A stretch of 13,595 bases of DNA from Polyangiaceae bacterium (GTDB lineage: Bacteria > Myxococcota_A > Polyangia > Polyangiales > Polyangiaceae): positions 1 through 13,595 of the forward strand of contig JBGANF010000178.1 of assembly GCA_044222475.1 (NCBI GenBank). Reading direction: 5' to 3'. The notes beneath the pieces were generated by a model. It was given only the letters and a program-made list of their open reading frames with translations, ran no database searches and was not told where the DNA came from. A program made the translations under genes and the position numbers. Below, in pieces: positions 7,801 through 13,595 of the stretch. Numbering within the stretch: position 1 is the first letter of the stretch; the number at the start of each line of letters is the position of its first letter.

Positions 7801-8058
7801 ATGGCGCACAGCCGCACCGAGCTACTCACGATGTTCAAGAAGACCGCCGCGGAGATCGCGGAGAAGGAGTTTCCGAACATCTCCGAGGGCACCGTGATCA
7901 GCGAGCTCGGAATCGACTCGCTCAACATGCTCGAAATCGTCGGCGCGATGGAGCGGGAGCTGAAGATCCAGATCCCGGACGAGTCGCTCGCCGGAATTCA
8001 GACGGTCAAGGACCTCATCGAGCTCGTCGAGAAGCGCCAGGCGCTGCTCGGAGCGTAA
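7801..8058 (+). CDS. Acyl carrier protein 1 (85 aa)
   Basis: Acidic 85-aa protein with phosphopantetheine motif ELGIDSLNMLEIV and C-terminal IQTVKDLI. ATG 7801 follows a purine-rich stretch. Confidence 0.93.
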   Translation: MAHSRTELLTMFKKTAAEIAEKEFPNISEGTVISELGIDSLNMLEIVGAMERELKIQIPDESLAGIQTVKDLIELVEKRQALLGA

Positions 8059-8081
8059 GCCGCGTAAGGAGCAGCATTTCC

Positions 8082-8336
8082 ATGGCTCACGAGACCCTCA
8101 AGGCAGACCTCAAGGCCCTCATCTCCGAGATCGCGGAGAAGGACGAGATCCCGGACGACACGCACTTCAAAGAGCTCGGCATCGACTCGATGATGGGCGT
8201 CGAGATCGTCGCGGCGATCGAGCGCCAGTACAAGATCAAGATCGAGGACGCCGAGCTCCAGGAAGTGTCGACGCTCAACAAGAGCTACGACCTCGTGAAG
8301 GCGAAGCTCGACGCGGCGACGGCCAAAGTCGCGTAG
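8082..8336 (+). CDS. Acyl carrier protein 2 (84 aa)
   Basis: MAHETLKADLKALISEIAE...ELGIDSMMGVEIVAAIERQYKIKI. Shine-Dalgarno TAAGGAG at 8065-8071. It is the C-terminal part of ORF 7611..8336. Confidence 0.93.
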   Translation: MAHETLKADLKALISEIAEKDEIPDDTHFKELGIDSMMGVEIVAAIERQYKIKIEDAELQEVSTLNKSYDLVKAKLDAATAKVA

Positions 8337-8340
8337 CCGA

Positions 8341-8408
8341 GCTCCCCCGTAAACGTAAACGTGCCCGTGCCCGTGCCCGATCGACGGCGCTGACCGACTC
8401 GCCATCGG
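8341..8408 (+). repeat. Composite repeat copy 1: GCTCCCCC-(GTAAAC)2-(GTGCCC)3-GATCGA-24-nt tail
   Basis: Read directly. The tail CGGCGCTGACCGACTCGCCATCGG matches copy 2 at 21 of 24 positions. Confidence 0.92.
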
Positions 8409-8483
8409 AGTCAATCGCGCGCGAGATCGGAGGCGGGGTCACGAAGGTGAGCAACTTCGAGCGCGGACCCGCCGATCGGAGGC

Positions 8484-8891
8484 ATGCAGCTCGATCACGA
8501 ACGGCTCGATGTGTACCAACTCGCGCTCGACTTCCTCGTTTTCGCGAACGGAGTCATCGAGTCGCTACCGCGCGGACGGAGTCATCTCGCCGACCAATTG
8601 ACGCGGGCGTCGACGTCGATCGTGCTGAATCTCGCTGAAGGCGTGGGCAAGCACTCCAAGGGAGACAAGCGGCGCTACTATCTGACCGCGAGAGGATCGG
8701 CGACGGAGTCTGCGGCGCTCCTCGACGTCTGCTTGCGGCTCAGGCTCCTCGATGAGGCCGGACACGGGGCGGGCAAGGCGAAGCTGGTGCGGATTGTGTC
8801 GATGCTCATCAAACTGGCACGGGCCTGCGAAGAGGCTCCCGTAAACGTGCCCGTGCCCGTGCCCGTGCCCGTGCCCGATCGAAGCCGCTGA
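8484..8891 (+). CDS. Four helix bundle protein (23S rRNA IVP / bAvd-like family)
   Basis: HERLDVYQLA...LADQLTRASTSIVLNLAEG...RYYLTARGSATESAALLD...IVSMLIKL is the family signature. The last ~18 aa (APVNVPVPVPVPVPDRSR) are encoded by repeat copy 2. Confidence 0.92.
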   Translation: MQLDHERLDVYQLALDFLVFANGVIESLPRGRSHLADQLTRASTSIVLNLAEGVGKHSKGDKRRYYLTARGSATESAALLDVCLRLRLLDEAGHGAGKAKLVRIVSMLIKLARACEEAPVNVPVPVPVPVPDRSR

Positions 8892-8906
8892 CCCACTCGC
8901 CATCGG
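8835..8906 (+). repeat. Composite repeat copy 2 (direct): GCTCCC-GTAAAC-(GTGCCC)5-GATCGA-24-nt tail
   Basis: Direct repeat of 8341-8408 that overlaps the 3' end and stop codon of the four-helix-bundle gene. Confidence 0.92.
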
Positions 8907-8955
8907 GCGACGTGATCTCTTCTCGAGCGGCGGACGTCCGCGACCCTGAGACTTC

Positions 8956-8991
8956 GAGCACGGGCACGGGCACGGGCACGTTTACGGGGAG
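8956..8991 (-). repeat. Composite repeat copy 3 (inverted): CTCCCC-GTAAAC-(GTGCCC)3-GTGCTC
   Basis: Reverse complement of GAGCAC(GGGCAC)3GTTTACGGGGAG. It lacks the 24-nt tail. Confidence 0.92.
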
Positions 8992-8995
8992 ATGC

Positions 8996-9628
8996 TCACA
9001 GGCTCGAGTTCAGCGGGTCGTACTTGTCGCCGCCTTTGTGAAACGGGTTCTTCGACGGGACCGTCGGCATCGCGCGCGGACGGGAGAGCGCCTTCTTGCG
9101 AGCTTCGTCCTGGCGCTGTTGATCCGCTTGGAGGAGCGCCTTCTTCTGCTCGTCCGTGAGCGTGCGCTGCGGCGTCGCGCTCTGGTCGTCGGTCTTGGGT
9201 GTCACCGCGGCGAGGTCGGCGGCGACCGGCGGAGGAGCGACGGCTGCTGCGGCCGCGCGCGACTCGGGCTCTCCGCTGGCGCGGAGGACGAACGCACCCG
9301 CGAGCGCGAACACCGCCACGGCTGCGACGCCGGCGACGACGAACGACTTCTTGCTCGAGCTGCGCAGCGCGTTCTCGTCGAGGTCGTCGAGATCGTTCGT
9401 GACCGGCGGCGGAGGTGCGCTCACTGGAGCAGAGTGCACCGGAGGCGGCGGCGCGGGTTCCATCCCTGCGGCTTGGGCGAGCGTGATCCACGCGTCGGTT
9501 CCGTCTCGACGGACGAGCGTGTTCTCGTCGATCGCGCCCGCTTGAAACGCGTCGTCGAGTTGCTCCAACGTTCCGCTGCGCGTCTCACCGGTACCAAGCT
9601 TCACGTGCCAGATCTCGTGCTCGCTCAT
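8996..9628 (-). CDS. GYF_2 (DUF4339)-like domain single-pass membrane protein
   Basis: N-terminal WHVKL...GTLEQLDDAFQAGAIDENTLVRRDGTDAWITL fits the GYF_2 pattern. It is followed by a Pro-rich linker, a TM helix (FVVAGVAAVAVFALAGAFVL) and a low-complexity tail ending NPFHKGGDKYDPLNSSL. Strong SD GAGGAGGTGA. Confidence 0.78.
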   Translation of the reverse strand: MSEHEIWHVKLGTGETRSGTLEQLDDAFQAGAIDENTLVRRDGTDAWITLAQAAGMEPAPPPPVHSAPVSAPPPPVTNDLDDLDENALRSSSKKSFVVAGVAAVAVFALAGAFVLRASGEPESRAAAAAVAPPPVAADLAAVTPKTDDQSATPQRTLTDEQKKALLQADQQRQDEARKKALSRPRAMPTVPSKNPFHKGGDKYDPLNSSL

Positions 9629-9866
9629 CGGTCACCTCCTCGCGGCGCGCATCGTGGCTGCGCGACGTGATCGTCGGCAAGAAAGATCGACCACCGCAAC
9701 GCGTCACTGCGCGCGACGGCGCTTCGCGTCACCGTGCGCTCGTGGTGAAAGCTTCCGCTGGCGTCGCGTGTGCGGCATCACGCCGCGGGCGGGCGCGTGT
9801 CCACCCTGGATCCTTCGCGATCCGAAAAGGGAGCCGTTTTCTCGGAGATCTCGAGCGCCGCACATG

Positions 9867-9882
9867 TGGCATGTGGTGTGCA
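9867..9882 (+). promoter_or_regulatory. Sigma54 (-24/-12) promoter
   Basis: TGGCATGTGGTGTGCA versus consensus TGGCACG-N4-TTGCW, with exact GG-N10-GC spacing, 13 nt upstream of ATG 9896. Confidence 0.65.
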
Positions 9883-9895
9883 CTCGCACTGCGTC

Positions 9896-10486
9896 ATGCG
9901 TTTCCCGTTCGTCGTCGTGTTGGCGATTTCTTTTTCGTCGTCGCTCGCGTGCACCGCGAACGTCTCCACCGAAGAAGACGGAGTGAGCGAAGAGGAGCTC
10001 GCGAAAGCGCCGATGGCGAACTTCAAGAAAGTTCGCAGCGGTCTCTATCGCGGTGGTCACCCCGATGCCGCCGGCATCGCGTACCTGAAGAAGATCGGAG
10101 TGAAGACCATCGTCGATCTCGAGATCGGCGACTTCATCGAAGCGACGCCGTGGTCGATCTCCGACGAGCTCGACGCAGCGTCGGCCGCCGGGATCACGGT
10201 GCTCCGTTACCCGATGTCCGCGTTCGAGCCCGCGCTGAGTCGTCGCTTCGACGACGCCATGAGCTCGATCCTCGCGGTGCTCGCCGACAAATCACGAGCG
10301 CCGATCTACGTGCACTGCAAGCACGGGCAAGATCGCACCGGGCTCGTCATCGGTCTCGAGCGCGTCGAGCTCGAGGGCTGGACGCCGGCGAAGTCTCACG
10401 CCGAGATGGTCACGATCGGATTCCACACCGCGTTCGTCGGGCTCGAAGAGTATTTCGAGAACAGGACCGGCTGGGAGAACCGCTAG
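9896..10486 (+). CDS. Lipoprotein protein-tyrosine/dual-specificity (CX5R) phosphatase, ~196 aa
   Basis: Signal II MRFPFVVVLAISFSSSLAC, then NFKKVRSGLYRGGHP, GVKTIVDL, P-loop PIYVHCKHGQDRTG and GWT...AEM. The start is moved from 9770 to 9896 on the basis of the signal peptide and promoter. Confidence 0.88.
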   Translation: MRFPFVVVLAISFSSSLACTANVSTEEDGVSEEELAKAPMANFKKVRSGLYRGGHPDAAGIAYLKKIGVKTIVDLEIGDFIEATPWSISDELDAASAAGITVLRYPMSAFEPALSRRFDDAMSSILAVLADKSRAPIYVHCKHGQDRTGLVIGLERVELEGWTPAKSHAEMVTIGFHTAFVGLEEYFENRTGWENR

Positions 10487-12207
10487 CCAATCCAACCGCG
10501 CAGGAGCGCTTTCTCCGCGTCCGTCGCGTCGGTCGCGGGCACGATCTTCGTGCGCTTCTCGCGCGGCGCCTCGAGCGTGATCGGGAGGGTGCGCAATCGG
10601 CCGTCGCGCGCGATCAGGATCTCGGTCGCCGTGCCGGGCGCCAGCTTCGACGTGATGGACTCGACGCTCGCTCCTTCGACGCGACGCTCGCCGATCGCGA
10701 CGATCTCGTCTCCTGCGTCGACGCCAGCGGCGTGCGCCGCGCTCCCGCGCAGGACGGCCTGCACCGTGACGCGCCCGCCCGACTCGCGGGTGCGAACGCC
10801 GAGCGCCGCGCCTTCCTTCGGCGAGCGCTCGACGGCGAGGCCCACCTTCTTCAGCGTCGCCGCGGCGTCGACCTCGACCGTGCCGCGGATCCATGCGTCG
10901 AAGAGATCACCGAGGGGCACGCCGGCGGACTCCTCGAAGATCGACTGCATGGCCTCCTCGGGCACGGGTCGCTCGTCCTTGCCGTAGCGGCTCCATAGGA
11001 GCGCGAGCACGTCGTCGAGGGAGCGCGCGCCGTTCGTCCGCGCGCGGATCTCGGCGTCGAGGAGGGCGTTCACGAGCTCGCCTTTGCGGTAGTAGCTCAC
11101 CGTGCTGTTCGGGCTGTTTTCGTCCGGCCGGTAGAGCTTGATCCACGCGTCGAACGAGGCTTCTTCCAGCGGGTGGACGAGGCGCCCGGGCGTACCATCG
11201 AGGTACGAGATCTCGTGGGCCAGGTGATCGAGGTACTCGGACTCGCTGCAGAGCTTGGCGAGGCGGAGCGTTCGCCAGTCGTAGTAGCTCGTGGCGCCCT
11301 CGAACCACCAGAGGAGCCTCGTGTAGTTCTCGCGATCGTAGCGGTAGGGGAAGAGTCCGGCGGGTCGCAGCCGCTTCACGTTCCAGAGGTGGAAGTACTC
11401 GTGCGCGACGAGCGAGAGAAGGTCGAGGTAGGAGTCACGCGTGTCGAACGAGCTCTGCGGCGCGAGCAGCGTCGTCGACGCGCGGTGCTCGAGACCGCCG
11501 CGCCCTCGGGGGGAGAGGTGCAGGATGAACGTGTAGTCGGGGAAGGGGAGCGTGCCGCCGAAGAAGCGCGCCTCGGTCTCGACGATGGTCTTCGTCGCGC
11601 CGAGGAGCTTGTCGAGGTTCTCCTGGGTGATGGCGTCGGGCGGCCACACGGCGAAGCGGTGCGGGACGCCGCACGCGGTGACCGAGCCTTCGCGGAAATC
11701 GCCGACCTCGATCGGAGAGTCGACCAGCGTGTCGTAGTCTTTGGCGACGAACGTGAGCTGCTTGCCGGGTGCCTTCGGGAGAGCGGTGGCGGCGCGGAAG
11801 CTCTCGGGGACGGCGAACGTGATCTCGGCTGGGGCTCGCTCGTGTCCTTCGACGGCGAAGAACGTGCACGCGCCGTTGAGGTAGAGGTGGCTCGCGTCGA
11901 CGTGGTTCGTGCGAACGGTGAGGTCGTTCGCGTAGACGCGGTAGCGAAACGTGAGCTCGCGCGCGGCGTCGTGCTCGACCTGCCAGGCGTTCTTGCGAAT
12001 CTTTCGAGCGTGCCCGCCGGTCGCTTCGACGCCCTCGACGTGGCGGGCGTACTCGCGGACGAGGTACGAGCCCGGCGTCCACACGGCCATCGCCAGCACG
12101 AGCGGCGCGGGGAGCGGGCTCTCCGACGTCACGGTGGTCTCGACCTCGATGAGGTGCGCCTTCGCGTCGACGAGGTGGACGCGATGGTGGAGCCGTAGGT
12201 CACTCAT
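10483..12207 (-). CDS. M61 family metallopeptidase (glycyl aminopeptidase-like) with C-terminal PDZ domain, ~574 aa
   Basis: WTPGSYLVREYAR, YDTLVDSPIE, GGLEHRAST, zinc motif AHEYFHLWNVKR, LWWFEGATSYY, SYYRKG and PDZ-like GSAAHAAGVDAGDEIVAI. The start is taken as ATG 12207 (MSDLRL), which avoids overlap with the divergent gene. It shares CTAG with the convergent phosphatase stop. Confidence 0.93.
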   Translation of the reverse strand: MSDLRLHHRVHLVDAKAHLIEVETTVTSESPLPAPLVLAMAVWTPGSYLVREYARHVEGVEATGGHARKIRKNAWQVEHDAARELTFRYRVYANDLTVRTNHVDASHLYLNGACTFFAVEGHERAPAEITFAVPESFRAATALPKAPGKQLTFVAKDYDTLVDSPIEVGDFREGSVTACGVPHRFAVWPPDAITQENLDKLLGATKTIVETEARFFGGTLPFPDYTFILHLSPRGRGGLEHRASTTLLAPQSSFDTRDSYLDLLSLVAHEYFHLWNVKRLRPAGLFPYRYDRENYTRLLWWFEGATSYYDWRTLRLAKLCSESEYLDHLAHEISYLDGTPGRLVHPLEEASFDAWIKLYRPDENSPNSTVSYYRKGELVNALLDAEIRARTNGARSLDDVLALLWSRYGKDERPVPEEAMQSIFEESAGVPLGDLFDAWIRGTVEVDAAATLKKVGLAVERSPKEGAALGVRTRESGGRVTVQAVLRGSAAHAAGVDAGDEIVAIGERRVEGASVESITSKLAPGTATEILIARDGRLRTLPITLEAPREKRTKIVPATDATDAEKALLRGWIG

Positions 12208-12215
12208 CTGTCCAG

Positions 12216-12224
12216 AAAGTACCA
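12216..12224 (-). promoter_or_regulatory. Candidate extended -10 promoter of the M61 gene
   Basis: Minus strand TGG-TACTTT lies 8 nt upstream of ATG 12207, with no SD in between. Confidence 0.45.
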
Positions 12225-12274
12225 GATTTTCGCGCTCCTTGACGGGACGATGGGGGTGACCTACTCGAAGCACC

Positions 12275-12817
12275 ATGGCCAATGCCCCCACCCCGATCAC
12301 GCCGATGGAGCGCGCTCCCGTGATCTCGGGGCGGAAGCTCGTGAACCGCGCGGGCCTCGTCGGCCTCGCCGTGCTGGTCGGGGTGGTCGTCACCTTCCGG
12401 CTCGTCGGGTGGGAGCGCTTCGTCGCCAACTCGCAGCTCGGCGAAGGGAAGAACAACTCGGTCTACCTCGCTCGCGCGGTGATCGCCTGCGCCGAGAAGA
12501 AGGGGGACCTTCCGCCGACCACCGCGAAGGTCCCGGCGGACCCGGCGGCGGTCGCGGGCAAGACGTACTCGAGCGTTCCGGCCGACTGGGCCGACGAGGG
12601 GTACGCCTGCGAGGGCTTCACGCTCTCGATGCCGCAGCGGTTTCAGTACCAGTGGGAGAAGACCGGCGAGCTCGACGGGATGGCGCGCGCCTCGGCAGAC
12701 TTCAACGGCGACGGAGTCGTCGAGGCGAGGTACGAGCAAGAGGTGAAGTGCGAGCGCAAGGAGAGCGGCAAGAAGCTCGTCTGCCGGCCCGGGAACTTCT
12801 ACGATCGGAATCATTGA
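12275..12817 (+). CDS. Membrane-anchored pilin-like hypothetical protein (180 aa)
   Basis: Hydrophobic helix (GLVGLAVLVGVVVTF), amphipathic ERFVANSQLGEGKNN...LAR, CEGFTLSMPQRFQYQW and ARASADFNGDG resemble myxobacterial type IV pilin-like head domains. It has 4 Cys and no canonical G|FTLxE. Confidence 0.6.
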   Translation: MANAPTPITPMERAPVISGRKLVNRAGLVGLAVLVGVVVTFRLVGWERFVANSQLGEGKNNSVYLARAVIACAEKKGDLPPTTAKVPADPAAVAGKTYSSVPADWADEGYACEGFTLSMPQRFQYQWEKTGELDGMARASADFNGDGVVEARYEQEVKCERKESGKKLVCRPGNFYDRNH

Positions 12818-12827
12818 GGGAGCGTTC

Positions 12828-13424
12828 ATGACTTCCACCCATGCTCGGGTCGGCGCGCTCGCCGCCGCTGCGATCGTTCTGTCTCTCCTCGCGTGCACGT
12901 CGAGCACCGCGACCGGACCTGCTGGAGGTCGTGTCCTCGGCCCGCAAGACAGCCACTGCGGGAGCACTCGTCAGCTGACGTCGAAGTCCGCGTGTCAGGT
13001 CAGCGCCGACGCTGGCGTAGCTGACGCAGCGACGCCAGCCGAGGACGGCGGCACGAGCGAGTACGGCATCCCGATGTACAACCAGTCCGGCGCCGACGAC
13101 GAGTGCAAGTACGACGTCTCGTGGACGTCCACCGCGGTGTACAAGGACACCGACGTCACGTTCACGCTGACGTTGAAGACGCGCGTCGATGGCGCCCCGT
13201 CGGTCGGCGCCGAGCCGAACACCGAGGTCTTCCTCGACACGACGCACCCGGCACCAAACGCGGGGACGAAGACCACCGATCAAGGGGCCGGCGTCTACTC
13301 GATCGGTCCCATTCGGTTCGACAAGCCCGGTCGTTGGACGGTGCGCTTCCACTTCTTCGACGCCTGCGTCGACGGTGTCGAGTCGCCGCACGGGCACGCC
13401 GCGTTCTACGTGGACGTTCCCTGA
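12828..13424 (+). CDS. Lipoprotein with YtkA/FixH-like Ig-fold domain (198 aa)
   Basis: Signal II ending LSLLAC. C-terminal GVYSIGPIRFDKPGRWTVRF is YtkA-like and is followed by SPHGHAAF. SD GAGGGAG. Confidence 0.72.
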   Translation: MTSTHARVGALAAAAIVLSLLACTSSTATGPAGGRVLGPQDSHCGSTRQLTSKSACQVSADAGVADAATPAEDGGTSEYGIPMYNQSGADDECKYDVSWTSTAVYKDTDVTFTLTLKTRVDGAPSVGAEPNTEVFLDTTHPAPNAGTKTTDQGAGVYSIGPIRFDKPGRWTVRFHFFDACVDGVESPHGHAAFYVDVP

Positions 13425-13445
13425 TCGTCAGTCCGGGGTGCTAGG

Positions 13446-13595
13446 TCACGGCGCCACGACGCGCACGTCCAGGTTCCACGCGCCCTTCTGCGAGCCGAAC
13501 CCGTCGACCACGATCCAGTACGTGCCCGGCGCGAGCACCGCGTCGAGGAAGCTCCGCGCGCCGCTGAAGCTGAAGTTGCAGCCCTTGACGATCTC
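13446..13595 (-). CDS. C-terminal fragment of a protein ending in a PPC-like beta-sandwich domain (5' part outside the window)
   Basis: Manual translation: EIVKGCNFSFSGARSFLDAVLAPGTYWIVVDGFGSQKGAWNLDVRVVAP-TGA. LxPGTYxIVVDG is typical of pre-peptidase-C-like domains in secreted myxobacterial proteins. Confidence 0.7.
   Translation of the reverse strand, partial: EIVKGCNFSFSGARSFLDAVLAPGTYWIVVDGFGSQKGAWNLDVRVVAP

Larger units (their letters stand above)
8341..8991. mobile_element. Putative repeat-bounded four-helix-bundle gene cassette
   Basis: Copies 1 and 3 form terminal inverted repeats around a single gene and each lies 4 nt from the stop codon of a flanking convergent gene. There is no transposase or clear target-site duplication, so mobility is inferred. 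Confidence 0.5.

Noticed and set aside
8341..8906. Diversity-generating retroelement (Avd-like gene plus TR/VR-like repeat pair; GTAAAC vs GTGCCC differ at adenines)
   Set aside because: No reverse transcriptase in the window, the repeats are short, and the tail mismatches (C/A, G/C, G/C) are not adenine-specific.
8341..8991. CRISPR array or 23S rRNA intervening sequence
   Set aside because: No regular repeat-spacer periodicity, no cas genes and no rRNA sequence around the gene.
9700..9732. CGCGTCAC direct repeat as an enhancer-binding-protein site for the sigma54 promoter
   Set aside because: The position is plausible, but an 8-nt GC-rich repeat could easily arise by chance.
5781..13444. 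Other overlapping ORFs (5781..7703 -, 6689..7897 +, 8912..9670 +, 9667..10998 +, 11173..12198 +, 12200..12967 -, 12702..13397 - and similar)
   Set aside because: Shadow or alternate frames of better-supported genes with no recognisable motifs.

Overview
A very GC-rich, gene-dense bacterial window. The protein families and gene styles suggest a myxobacterium (Polyangiaceae-like); this is inference. The core is a divergent lipid/polyketide cluster. On the minus strand is a tightly coupled operon: active FabF-type ketosynthase, catalytically degenerate KS (chain-length-factor-like), serine-palmitoyltransferase-like alpha-oxoamine synthase and a Cys-rich lipoprotein. On the plus strand are a fatty acyl-AMP ligase and two acyl carrier proteins. 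Directly after the ACPs is a ~650-bp cassette carrying a four-helix-bundle (IVP/bAvd-like) gene, bracketed by three copies of a CTCCC(C)-GTAAAC-(GTGCCC)n repeat (two direct, one inverted), which looks like a small transposase-less insertion. At the left edge, beyond a 35-unit hexamer microsatellite, is a minus-strand ORF missing from the supplied track: a DACNV-type sensor/diadenylate-cyclase-like protein with variant motifs (DNA, RHP). The right part holds a GYF_2-like membrane protein, a lipoprotein CX5R phosphatase with a candidate sigma54 promoter, an M61/PDZ aminopeptidase, a pilin-like protein, a YtkA-like lipoprotein and the end of a PPC-like domain protein. All family calls come from motif recognition by eye; no searches were run.
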